Shown here: positions 29,592-38,494 of the stretch, one piece after another | Layout: the number at the start of each line of letters is the position of its first letter | Numbering within the stretch: the stretch's first letter is position 1 | Assembly: GCA_022820825.1 (NCBI GenBank) | Contig: JAJEEU010000017.1 | Span: forward strand, 17,292 to 81,291 | Direction of reading: 5' to 3' | DNA: 64,000 nt | DNA from: Vicinamibacteria bacterium | Lineage (GTDB): Bacteria; Acidobacteriota; Vicinamibacteria; Vicinamibacterales; UBA8438 | Notes under the pieces: generated by a model | What the model saw: the letters and a program-made list of their open reading frames with translations, nothing else | The model's database searches: none | What the model was told of the DNA's origin: nothing | Position numbers and translations under genes: made by a program

Positions 29592-32500
29592 TCACGTCAA
29601 GCCGAATCGGGACGCGACGTACTTCCGGGCGTCATCGTCGCCGAGCCGCACCGTGCCCGGGCCTGTCCGGACGTAGAGATCGCCGGTCGCGGCCTTTTCC
29701 ATGCCCTTCCAGCGCAGGTACACCGGCTCGGGGCTCCGCTGGCAGCTCACCAGGCAGACGGTCTTGCCGTCGACAATCTGCGTCTTGGGATCGATGCAGG
29801 TGCCGGCCGGGTCGCCGAGGCCGTTGCGCACCGCCTGGGCCAGGTGCCGCATGAACTTGTCATCGGACTCCAGACGGTCGTGCTCGATGCCGAGCACCTT
29901 GCGGTCGTCGGCCACGCCAATCAGGAGGTCGCCGCCCTCGGTGTTGAGGAACGCGGCAATGGTCTTCAGCGCGGCGTGGGTCACGTGCCTGTCGTCCTTG
30001 CGATCTTCCTTGAGGTTCCAGCGCACGCTCGACTTGAACTCCAACGTCTTCGACTCCTGGAGCTTGAGCAGTTCCTCGGCGCGCCGGTGCCGCCGGATGT
30101 AGTCGTCGAACAGGTAGTTCTTGAGCGCCCGGCCGAAGTCGGGATCGTCGGTGATGCGCTTGTAGAGGTCGAAGTTGGTCTCGACGATCTCCTGGATCTT
30201 GTCCTCGACCTTGGGGTCGAAGGTCAGCCGCACGTTCTCGCGGGTGTTCACCCTGGCGCTGGCGTCGAGGCCGGCATCCCCGTCAAGGGCCGAGCGGATG
30301 TACTCGAGCGTGACACGGTGCTCGGGGCCGAGGTCCAGGCCGAAGCGCTCGTTCAGCGCCTCGATGATCCGCGAGAGCGTCTCCAGCTCTTCCTCGCCGC
30401 CGCCGCGCGGTTTGCTCCCGGCGGGATCGAGCGGCTGGCCCTGCCGCTCCAGCGTGATCCGACCGCGGCTCGTCCGCTGGATGCGGAACGACTCCATGTC
30501 GATGTTCTGCTGGACCTCGCGCGGCAGCTTCTCGCGGTCGACCGGCAGCAGGCGCCGCAGGTGCCGGGCAAAGACGTGCAGCTTTTCCAGGTCGGGGTCG
30601 GCGAACGTCAGGACTTGGGAGAGGAACGCGTACAGGCGCACGTAGTCGCCGAGCTGGCCGCGGAAGTCGCGCCCCTCGTCGGGGTCGAGCTCCACGAAGC
30701 GCTGGCGCGCCGGCTCCAGCGCCGCGTAGAGCTTGTCCTGGGTCGCCTTGGGATCGAAATACAGCCGCGCCACGGTTCCGACATCGGCCGCGGTGAACAC
30801 GTCGAAGTCGAGCAGCCTGCCCTGCACCTCGTAGAGCAGGTTGGGGTCGGTTTCCTCCGAGAGCAGCGTGGTCTCGTAGTACGGCTCGAAGGCCTTCTTG
30901 ATCTCGTCGGCTTCGTTGGCGAAGTCGAGCACCATCGTGCCCTCCTTGCCGGGGTGGGTGCGGTTCAGGCGCGACAGCGTCTGGACGGCGTTCACGCCGC
31001 CGAGCTTCTTGTCCACGTACATCGTGTGGAGCAGCGGCTGGTCGAAGCCGGTCTGGAACTTGTTGGCGACAACCAGGAAGCGGTACTCGGGCTTCTCGAA
31101 CTCGGCGGCCGTCTGCCGCTCGCCTATGACGCGCTCCTGCCCGGCCGAGTTCATGCCCGACTCGGTGTGGCTCTCGCCGCCGTCCTTGACCGTTCCGGAG
31201 AAGGCGACAAGCGCCTTCCACGGATGGCCTTTCCCCGCAAGGTAGCTGTCCAGGACCATCTTGGTGCGCACCGCGTGCAGGCGCGAGCGGGTCACGATCA
31301 TCGCCTTGGCCCGCCCGCCGATAGCGCCCGCGGCCTGCGCCGCGAAGTGCTCCACGCAGATGGCGACCTTCTCGCGGACGGCATGCGGGTGCAGCTCGAC
31401 GAACGACTTGAGCAGGTACTCGGCCTTGCCCTTGTCGTAGTGCGGGTCGTCCTCGATCGTCTTGAGCAGCCGCCAGTAGGCCTTGTAGGTGGCGTAGCTT
31501 CCGAGCACGTCCAGGATGAAGCCCTCCTCGATGGCCTGACGCATGCTGTAGCGGTGAAACGGCTCGAACTTCCCGTCCGGCCGCTTCGTGCCGAACAACT
31601 CCAGCGTCTTGGGCTTCGGGGTGGCCGTGAAGGCAAACGTGGAGAGGTTCGGCAGGCGCCCGCGGCTGCGGATCTCTTCATGGATCCGCTCCTCGATCTC
31701 CTCTTCTGGAGTCTCGGTGCCCGCTTCCTCCTGCTCGGCTTCTTCCAGGCTCTCGGCCTTGAGCACCGCCTTGAGGCTCTTCGTGCTCTCGCCGGACTGC
31801 GACGAGTGCGCCTCGTCCACGATCACCGCGAAGCGCTGGCCGGGAAGCTGTCCGATCTGCTCCGCGATGACGGGGAACTTCTGCAGCGTCGTGACGATGA
31901 TCGTCCGTCCCGTCTCCAGCGCCTCCCGGAGCTGGCGCGAGGTCTGGTCGATGTTCTCCACGACGCCGAGGGTCTGCTCGAACTGCCGGATGGTGCGCTG
32001 GAGCTGGCGGTCGAGCACGCGCCGGTCCGTCACCACCACGACCGAGTCGAAGACACGCCGGTCCTCGCTGTCGTGCAGCACCGAGAGCTGGTGGGCGAGC
32101 CAGGCGATGGTGAAGCTCTTGCCGCTGCCGGCCGAGTGCTGGATCAGATAGCGCTCGCCGGGCCCGTGGTTGCGGGCGTGGCCGACGAGCCGGCGCACGC
32201 AGTCGAGTTGCTGGTAACGCGGAAAGATCAGGAAGCGCGCGCCGGTCTTGCGCCCGCGGTCGTCTTCAGCCTCCACCTCGTGAATGAACTGGCGGACGAG
32301 GTCGAGGACGCTGTCGCGGGCCCAGACGCGTTCCCACAGATAGTCGGTTGCAAAGCCCGGTCGCGTGGGCGGGACCGGCGGGTTCCCCGCCCCGCCGAAG
32401 CGACCCTGGTTGAACGGCAGGAAGCGGGTCTTGGGCCCGGCGAGCAAACTCGTCACGAACACCAGCTCCGGGTCCACGGCGAAGTGGGCGAGGCAGCGCC

Positions 32501-33125
32501 CGTAGGCGAACAGCGGCTCGCGCGGGTCGCGGTCGTTCTTGTACTGCCGGATCGCGTCCTCCACGTCCTGCCCGTTGAGCGGGTTCTTCAACTCCGCCGT
32601 GAAGATGGGTATGCCGTTCAGGAACAACGCAAGGTCCAGGCTCTGCTCGTCCTTCTCGCTGAAGCGGAGCTGCCGCACGACTGCGAAGAGGTTGGCCGCG
32701 TGCAGGCGCTGCAGCTCCTCGTTGAGCCCGCTTGCCGGCCGGAAGTACGCCAGCCGGAACTTACAGCCCGAGTCCTTGACGCCGCTGCGCAGCACGTCCA
32801 GCGCCCCCCGCCGGGCGATCTCGCGCGACAGCCGGCCGAGGAAGCGTGGCTTCACGTCGGCGCCGTGGTGCTGCGTCAGCTTCTCCCAAACCTTCGGCTG
32901 CGTGGCTAGGAGGAAGTCGACGACGTCGGTCGGGATCAGACACAGCCCGCGGTCGTAGTCCTCGGGCCGTCGCCTGTGGTAGCCGCCGGGCAGAGGGTCG
33001 TCGCCGAACTCCGGCGCCGACTCCCGCACGGCCGCCGCGTCGCCCGGGCACGCATCCGGCCCGTAGCGCAACAGCGCGCACTCGATGGCCTCCTCGAACG
33101 CGCGCTCGGAGATGTCGGCAGTCAT
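29592..33125 (-). CDS. hsdR: type I restriction enzyme R subunit fused to a C-terminal AlbA_2/Schlafen-like domain
   Basis: Real part of track ORF 29592..33659, starting at MTADISERAFEEAIE (ATG 33125; 1177 aa). Nuclease motif DLALFLNGIPIFTAELK. Helicase motifs HSAGSGKS, VIVDEAHSSQ, FAFTATP and LVVANKFQTGFDQP. Extra about 160-aa tail ESKTLEFKSS...ALKTIAAFLNTEGGDLLIGVADD...GIEHD. Confidence 0.9.
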   Translation of the reverse strand: MTADISERAFEEAIECALLRYGPDACPGDAAAVRESAPEFGDDPLPGGYHRRRPEDYDRGLCLIPTDVVDFLLATQPKVWEKLTQHHGADVKPRFLGRLSREIARRGALDVLRSGVKDSGCKFRLAYFRPASGLNEELQRLHAANLFAVVRQLRFSEKDEQSLDLALFLNGIPIFTAELKNPLNGQDVEDAIRQYKNDRDPREPLFAYGRCLAHFAVDPELVFVTSLLAGPKTRFLPFNQGRFGGAGNPPVPPTRPGFATDYLWERVWARDSVLDLVRQFIHEVEAEDDRGRKTGARFLIFPRYQQLDCVRRLVGHARNHGPGERYLIQHSAGSGKSFTIAWLAHQLSVLHDSEDRRVFDSVVVVTDRRVLDRQLQRTIRQFEQTLGVVENIDQTSRQLREALETGRTIIVTTLQKFPVIAEQIGQLPGQRFAVIVDEAHSSQSGESTKSLKAVLKAESLEEAEQEEAGTETPEEEIEERIHEEIRSRGRLPNLSTFAFTATPKPKTLELFGTKRPDGKFEPFHRYSMRQAIEEGFILDVLGSYATYKAYWRLLKTIEDDPHYDKGKAEYLLKSFVELHPHAVREKVAICVEHFAAQAAGAIGGRAKAMIVTRSRLHAVRTKMVLDSYLAGKGHPWKALVAFSGTVKDGGESHTESGMNSAGQERVIGERQTAAEFEKPEYRFLVVANKFQTGFDQPLLHTMYVDKKLGGVNAVQTLSRLNRTHPGKEGTMVLDFANEADEIKKAFEPYYETTLLSEETDPNLLYEVQGRLLDFDVFTAADVGTVARLYFDPKATQDKLYAALEPARQRFVELDPDEGRDFRGQLGDYVRLYAFLSQVLTFADPDLEKLHVFARHLRRLLPVDREKLPREVQQNIDMESFRIQRTSRGRITLERQGQPLDPAGSKPRGGGEEELETLSRIIEALNERFGLDLGPEHRVTLEYIRSALDGDAGLDASARVNTRENVRLTFDPKVEDKIQEIVETNFDLYKRITDDPDFGRALKNYLFDDYIRRHRRAEELLKLQESKTLEFKSSVRWNLKEDRKDDRHVTHAALKTIAAFLNTEGGDLLIGVADDRKVLGIEHDRLESDDKFMRHLAQAVRNGLGDPAGTCIDPKTQIVDGKTVCLVSCQRSPEPVYLRWKGMEKAATGDLYVRTGPGTVRLGDDDARKYVASRFGLT

Positions 33126-33157
33126 GGGACGGGGAGGTGGTCGTGTCCGCCGACTGT

Positions 33158-33568
33158 TCAGCGCGGTTCCAGGACGGAGAGACCGAGGTCCCGGAAGTCC
33201 GAAGTGTTCAGCGTCGCCAGGGAATAGCCGCGGCTCCGGGCCGTGCCGGCGATCTGGGAATCGGCCAGGCTCATCGGCGCGCCCGCGCGCCGCCGCTTGG
33301 CGCGAAGCCTCGCGCTCTCGGCGGCGGCCTGCGCGTCGAACGGGACGACGCGCTCCGAGAACCCGTCGACGATCTTCAAGAACGCCTGGCCCAGGCGCGC
33401 CCGTTTCCGTCCGGGCGGAAGTATCTCTATTCCGAAGAGAATCTCGTCGACGGTGACGGCGGAGAGATACAGGACCGAAGGAGGGTGTCCGTCCAACCAG
33501 CGCATCACACGCCCGTCCGGTTCGACGCGCATGGCTTCCGACAGCACGTTGGTATCCAGCAGGATCAT
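33158..33568 (-). CDS. vapC: PIN-domain toxin VapC (FitB-like)
   Basis: 136 aa. MILLDTNVLSE...SAVTVDEILFG...LADSQIAGTA...LATLNTSDF (PIN acidic residues). 4-nt overlap with the upstream antitoxin gene. Confidence 0.9.
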   Translation of the reverse strand: MILLDTNVLSEAMRVEPDGRVMRWLDGHPPSVLYLSAVTVDEILFGIEILPPGRKRARLGQAFLKIVDGFSERVVPFDAQAAAESARLRAKRRRAGAPMSLADSQIAGTARSRGYSLATLNTSDFRDLGLSVLEPR

Positions 33569-33822
33569 TCGGGATCGTCCTGGCCGTATGCGCCTGACGC
33601 GAAGTCGATCGGATCGTCGACCTCGGGCGCCGGCAGGTCGAAATCGACCGCATCGTCACCGATGATGCGGCGGATCATCGCGCCGGCCGGCTCCACGTTG
33701 ACGACGGCGCCCGCCAGGATGCGACGCACGGTCTCTTCCACGGACAGGCCGTCGCGTTGCGCCCGGATCTTCAGCCGCCGAATGACCTCGTCATCCAGGC
33801 GGCGTACACTCAAGCTCGCCAT
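33565..33822 (-). CDS. vapB: FitA/Arc-type ribbon-helix-helix antitoxin VapB
   Basis: Start at MASLSVRRLDDEVIRRLKIRAQRDGLSVEETVRRIL (ATG 33822, GAGGAG upstream). Acidic toxin-binding tail. Confidence 0.8.
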   Translation of the reverse strand: MASLSVRRLDDEVIRRLKIRAQRDGLSVEETVRRILAGAVVNVEPAGAMIRRIIGDDAVDFDLPAPEVDDPIDFASGAYGQDDPE

Positions 33823-33973
33823 GGGCCGCTCCTCTGGTTTCCTCAGGAATGCTAGCACACGCCACCGAAGTGCTTGCAATCAAAGACGTCCGCAACGCTC
33901 AAGCGCGTCGTCTCCTCACCAGACTTCGACGTCGAGGCCTGGAACGCGCGGCTGAAGGTGTCGAGGAGCCGGA

Positions 33974-34195
33974 TTATCGATGCGGCTCGATGTCCTCGGG
34001 CGGCGGATCGTCGGGTTCGACCAGGTCGCCGGCGTCCTGGTGCAGGAGGTCGACGAAGCTCCGCGGCCAGTCGGTCGCGACGGCGTCCCGTACCAGCCCG
34101 CCGATCCACACCGACAGACTGCGGTTCCGGCCGCGCGCCTCCTTGCGCGCAGCATCAATCAGGTCGCCCGGCAGATAGATGGTCACCGGAGGCAT
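33974..34195 (-). CDS. orphan ribbon-helix-helix (CopG/antitoxin-like) protein
   Basis: MPPVTIYLPGDLIDAARKEARGRNRSLSVWIGGLVRDAV is RHH-like, followed by an acidic tail. No adjacent toxin of its own. Start uncertain (34195 or 34216). Confidence 0.5.
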   Translation of the reverse strand: MPPVTIYLPGDLIDAARKEARGRNRSLSVWIGGLVRDAVATDWPRSFVDLLHQDAGDLVEPDDPPPEDIEPHR

Positions 34196-34264
34196 ATTGC
34201 ACACATATGCTGCCACATGTATCGGTCGTGATTGCGTTGGTGACCGTGAAGTCCGGCTCGAAGC

Positions 34265-35605
34265 TCATCCCAGCACCGCCTCCCGCACGTCGATCTTGCC
34301 GGTGACCGCCGCGGAGATCAGGGCGGTGCGGAATTCCTTGAGGTGGTCGATGGCTTCGCGCACCTTCGCGATGAGGGCGTCGATCTTGCCCGTCTCGCGG
34401 TCGAGGAACGCCGCGATTGCGCTTTGTTCGGGGACTGGGGGCCAAGACACCACAACCGGATGAACGAGGTTGCGGTTGACTGTTGGGTTAGCGGAGCCGG
34501 TGTCAAAGCTCGCGAGGTCCATGCTCATGAGCTTGAAGTACACGTATCGCGGGTGATTTCCACAGAAATCTTTCACATACAGCGTTGTATCGTGCGGCCA
34601 GAAATCGACTGTGATGTAGTGAACCGCACCAGCAGTCCCCTTTCTCCCAACGACAACCCCAGGAGCCGCGGTGAGTGCCACGTCGTGAAAAGAAGATATC
34701 CCGCCCGACGAAACTACAGGAACTTCCCCCTCTTGTTGCTCGTCCTTCGTGATATCGACTCCACGTTGCAGGGTGATTTCTCTCCCGATACGAACGATTC
34801 TCCAATCCTGCGGCACAGCCCCGGGCCAATCGATGCCGGAGGGCTTGAGCTTGGGGTGCGGGGCCAGACCGGCCAGACGTGCGGCGTCGGGCGGGAGGCC
34901 CCGGGAGACGGCGCGGCTGATAAGCGCGGTGCGCTTCTCCCGAAGCAGCTCGATCAGCCGCTCCTTCCTCGCCACCAGCGCATCGATCTGCGCCGTCTCG
35001 CGGTCGAGGAAGTCGGCGATGGCATGTTGTTCGTCCGATGGAGCCATCGACATACGAATTGCCCCGAGGATGGAGCCGCTCAGATTCCCGAGTCCGGTTG
35101 TGGTTGAGGAGAGAAAAACAAGCTGTTGACGGGCAACTGGGGAGTTCATGAAGTACCAGAAGAACTGCGGCGCGTGTTTAGCCGAGACTCTCAGACGCTG
35201 CATGAAGTTGGAGAAGCAACAGTTCAGGTCTGCGATTACCTCGTCGACAATCGAAGTCTTGCCGATATGATGGGAACTTCCGCTCGACTTCGTCACGAGC
35301 AGATCTCCTGCGCCGAGGCGGGCGCAGGTCGCGTCGCGAGCATCGAGTCGCCTCCGGGCTGGCTCGTCAATCCGCCAGCCACCCTCCACCGTTTGCTCGG
35401 TGGACCGCAGGACGATGGTACCGTCGTCATCGAAGTCCTGTCCCCAAACGCCGCTGTCGTTGCGGACCAAACCCGCCTTGATCGGCTTAACCTCCCAGTG
35501 CGCCGGGATCTGACCTAGCCACTCGACGCCGGAGTCCATGTACTCTGGGTACGGCCGGAAGCGCTGCGGTCGCACGTCGCCGGTCCGATCGATCAACTCA
35601 GTCAC
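34265..35605 (-). CDS. hsdS: type I R-M specificity subunit HsdS
   Basis: 446 aa, GTG start with GGAGG 8 nt upstream. Two TRD halves, each followed by the conserved helix (EQHAIADFLDRETAQIDALVARKERLIELLREKRTALIS and EQSAIAAFLDRETGKIDALIAKVREAIDHLKEFRTALIS). Confidence 0.9.
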   Translation of the reverse strand: MTELIDRTGDVRPQRFRPYPEYMDSGVEWLGQIPAHWEVKPIKAGLVRNDSGVWGQDFDDDGTIVLRSTEQTVEGGWRIDEPARRRLDARDATCARLGAGDLLVTKSSGSSHHIGKTSIVDEVIADLNCCFSNFMQRLRVSAKHAPQFFWYFMNSPVARQQLVFLSSTTTGLGNLSGSILGAIRMSMAPSDEQHAIADFLDRETAQIDALVARKERLIELLREKRTALISRAVSRGLPPDAARLAGLAPHPKLKPSGIDWPGAVPQDWRIVRIGREITLQRGVDITKDEQQEGEVPVVSSGGISSFHDVALTAAPGVVVGRKGTAGAVHYITVDFWPHDTTLYVKDFCGNHPRYVYFKLMSMDLASFDTGSANPTVNRNLVHPVVVSWPPVPEQSAIAAFLDRETGKIDALIAKVREAIDHLKEFRTALISAAVTGKIDVREAVLG

Positions 35606-35888
35606 CGTCTGCGCCTCCCGTCGGAGCTTGAACCCCTGGTCGCCAAAGCCCGCCCGCGGGCCACACCTGTGTGAACGGGCTCCTCTCGATCAGGTTGTCG
35701 CAGACCGGTCCCAGGAAGCGCCGCAACTCGTCGCCGGCTGTCGTTAGCCGGGCCGGATCGCCGGATTCCGGCTCTGTCGGAGAGTGGGTACCCGCCAGTG
35801 TTGCGAGGGCAGCCTGAGCGAAGCCCCATTTACCGCCAGATAGATGTCGCCAACCGCCGTTAGTGAAGTCCCCGGCATGCTCCGGCAT
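35598..35888 (-). CDS. hypothetical 96-aa protein (weak call)
   Basis: Internal Met of track ORF 35598..36029 (MPEHAGDFTNGGWRHLSGGKWGFAQAAL...). Its stop overlaps the hsdS start by 8 nt. No recognisable domain. It fills an otherwise 323-nt gap. Confidence 0.25.
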   Translation of the reverse strand: MPEHAGDFTNGGWRHLSGGKWGFAQAALATLAGTHSPTEPESGDPARLTTAGDELRRFLGPVCDNLIERSPFTQVWPAGGLWRPGVQAPTGGADGD

Positions 35889-35928
35889 GTGAACGCAGCG
35901 ATTCTGACTCGCGGCGGCTCTGGAAGTG

Positions 35929-38265
35929 TCACTCGGGCCAGTGCTTCTGGCGGTAGTCGAGTAATGCCTGCCCTGAGAGTTCCTCGGTCGCGTTGTTGAG
36001 GCGTACAAAGAAGACCTCGCGCGGATCACCCTTTCTCGTTGCGAATACCGGCTCGACGACGGGACGAATATCTATCCGGGCGATCGTCTTGCCGTCAACC
36101 TTGCAGAAGTGCACGGAAAGATCCGTGGCGGCGACCGTGCCTAGGGCTTTCTTGACAACGGCCGTTAACCAGAGCTCCCAGCCGTCACGGTTGCCTCCCT
36201 TCACGAGTGGGTAGTCCTCCTCGATGCCGACTGGTTGGCCATCATCGCCGGCACCAATCAATAGCGTGCCGCCGTGGGTGTTCATGAAGGCCGCGATAGT
36301 CTTGATTACCGACCATGCGATCTCCGGATCCCGTGCCCGCGTATGCCGGTTGCGACTTGCCGTCGATTTGAATTCGACCACGGCGGATTCGCCGTCGTCG
36401 AGTAGTGAGCGTACGCTCTGTTCGATGTCCACATCCTGCGCGGCAAACGGACTCTCGTCACGCTCGGGTCGCCGGTTCACGGGCTTGCCCATGGCGCGTT
36501 CGGCATGTCGGAGCAGGCTCTCGAACCGCTGGTTGAAGAACTGCTCGAAGTTATCCCGGCGTAGTGCCGAGGGATCGATGTCGTGGGAGCGCAGGAAACC
36601 GTCGAGTACGTGTGGTTCGATACCATCGCCCGACTCGATCCGTGGGAGATAGATACTGGGCGCGTTGCCGCCGATGCGGCGGTTCGTGTGCGCGTCAAGT
36701 GCAGTCTTGTTCACAATGCAGTCGGCGATCTTCCAATCGATTCTGCGTTCGGGATCGTCGCACCAGTGCCGCGGAAAAATGTGATGGATGTCGATGGCAT
36801 CCTCCATGTACGCGTGGATGTCGATCGGCTGGCCAGTCTTGAAGTCGCGGGCGCCCTGCTTCATCTGGAGCGCGTACAACCCCTTGTAGGCGGCGCTGTT
36901 GCGCGTGCGCAGCGTGAGCAGCCGTTCGGCCTGGAACTGTGCCGCCTGCACCGTACGCGGCGCTACGTTGTCGGCACGATCCTCGATCCAAGCAATGCAA
37001 TCCTCCAGATCGTTGGCGAACCGCGTTTCCGCCGCGCCGCCGTACATCTCGCCGAGGACGCCGCACCAGAACCACTGCCCGAGCCGCTGGCGCGACGCGT
37101 ACGATTCCGCCAGATCTTCCATCCATCCGAAGATGGCCCCGAGAGGCACCAACTGGGTCGCGTACGGCAGCTCCCGGTAGCGGAAGATATGGTGGTTGTG
37201 CAGGAACGGTACCGCGCGCAACAGGCCGCGCTCGGCGACGTCCGCCCATTCCTTGTAGTCGTCGAGCTGTAGTCGCAGCACCTCGCGGCGCTTGCACGAA
37301 ACAGCGGGCGCCTTGTCGTCCTGTGGATGTACCCGCAGGTGTGATCGGCGCCGGTCATAGGTGGCGAGTAGCGTAACGATTTGCAGGAACGCAGTTGCGT
37401 CTACTCCGGCCAGAAGCTCATGTTGTGCGAGTCGCTCGTGCCGCTCGTCCCAGTCCTTGCGCAACTCGAAGTCGCCAGCCGCGTACGTCGCGGTCAAGAG
37501 TTCGAAGACCGTCAGCGTGACGCCGCCCGTGTTGACCTTCTCGAACACTTGGCAGACGGCCTCCTTGGGCGTCGACTTCGCCAAATCGATCGTCGGCACC
37601 TGGTACTGTTCAAACGGAACAATGATTGCGTCCTCAAATTGTTCCCACTTGGTCCAACGATCAGACTGGTTTCCCTGTCCCGAGCGCAGGTATGCTCTCT
37701 CCCAGGCCCTTCTATCGCTGGAGTCGAGAATGATGTCCAGCGGAAACATCTCTGCCGCGATTTCTCGGTCGCGGCTGCTCACGTCCAGGTCGATCACGCG
37801 GCCGAAGTCGCTTCGCACGATGCGATCTGCGGGGACGCCGACGATACCCATTTCTTCGCGGTCTATAGACGGATCTATGCAAGCGCGGATACTGGCGTAG
37901 TAGTGACGGTGCAACTCGTTGCCGCGGCGGTCCCGCGTGCAAACTGGGTCGCGGGACTTCAGGGCCTGAAAGAGCGACGTCAATCGCTGCTGTCCGTCGA
38001 GCAGGAGAAGGTCGGGCTCCGGTGCGGCTGCCAACCTCACGCCTTCCAGTAGGCGAGCCTTAAAGTTGACGTCGGGGTTGCCGGCAACGAGCGTCATGAC
38101 CGCGCCGATCGGATACGAAAGCGAAATCGATGCCAGCAGACTGCGGATGTGGTCGTCGTCCCACACCCAGCCGCGCTGGAAATCTGGTAGTTGTAACTCG
38201 CCGCGCGCGGCTTGATCGAGTAGTTGCGCCAGTGGCAATTCGTCGCTGCTGAATTTCTTCTCCAC
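35929..38265 (-). CDS. GmrSD-like type IV restriction enzyme (DUF262 + DUF1524-type His-Me nuclease) fused to a C-terminal AlbA_2/Schlafen-like domain
   Basis: 778 aa, GTG start with GAGGAG upstream. LQLPDFQRGWVWDDDHI and LLLLDGQQRLTSL (DUF262/ParB-like). IDIHHIFPRHWC...NKTALDAHTNRRIGGNAPS (DUF1524-like). Tail GESAVVEFKST...VIKTIAAFMNTHGGTLLIGAGDD...GIEED. Confidence 0.85.
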   Translation of the reverse strand: MEKKFSSDELPLAQLLDQAARGELQLPDFQRGWVWDDDHIRSLLASISLSYPIGAVMTLVAGNPDVNFKARLLEGVRLAAAPEPDLLLLDGQQRLTSLFQALKSRDPVCTRDRRGNELHRHYYASIRACIDPSIDREEMGIVGVPADRIVRSDFGRVIDLDVSSRDREIAAEMFPLDIILDSSDRRAWERAYLRSGQGNQSDRWTKWEQFEDAIIVPFEQYQVPTIDLAKSTPKEAVCQVFEKVNTGGVTLTVFELLTATYAAGDFELRKDWDERHERLAQHELLAGVDATAFLQIVTLLATYDRRRSHLRVHPQDDKAPAVSCKRREVLRLQLDDYKEWADVAERGLLRAVPFLHNHHIFRYRELPYATQLVPLGAIFGWMEDLAESYASRQRLGQWFWCGVLGEMYGGAAETRFANDLEDCIAWIEDRADNVAPRTVQAAQFQAERLLTLRTRNSAAYKGLYALQMKQGARDFKTGQPIDIHAYMEDAIDIHHIFPRHWCDDPERRIDWKIADCIVNKTALDAHTNRRIGGNAPSIYLPRIESGDGIEPHVLDGFLRSHDIDPSALRRDNFEQFFNQRFESLLRHAERAMGKPVNRRPERDESPFAAQDVDIEQSVRSLLDDGESAVVEFKSTASRNRHTRARDPEIAWSVIKTIAAFMNTHGGTLLIGAGDDGQPVGIEEDYPLVKGGNRDGWELWLTAVVKKALGTVAATDLSVHFCKVDGKTIARIDIRPVVEPVFATRKGDPREVFFVRLNNATEELSGQALLDYRQKHWPE

Positions 38266-38494
38266 TTACTCTCCTCAATCGACGAACCTCACCGGACCGC
38301 CACGAGATCCGGCAAATTCACGCATGATCGGACGTCCGCGTCGACGCGCGACGGTTGGAAGTCTATGCGCCGGAACATGCCGTCGCAAGCAACGCGAAGG
38401 TTGTCCGGTTGGTTGTCGTCTCGGCCCGACGGGCTTCAAGGTTAGGTGGTTCTCGCTTTCGGATACGCCGATTCGGAGTGAAGCACTGCGTCAG

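Noticed and set aside
29844-32909. 1021-aa plus-strand ORF antisense to hsdR
   Set aside because: hsdR on the minus strand has nuclease and SF2 helicase motifs. The antisense ORF is a repetitive V/L/E/R/A translation with no features.
33126-33659. N-terminal 178-aa extension of the hsdR ORF (track ORF 29592..33659) overlapping vapC/vapB
   Set aside because: The extension overlaps the clear vapBC pair in another frame and is Arg/Pro-rich. The HsdR-type N-terminus begins at MTADISERAFEEAIE (33125).
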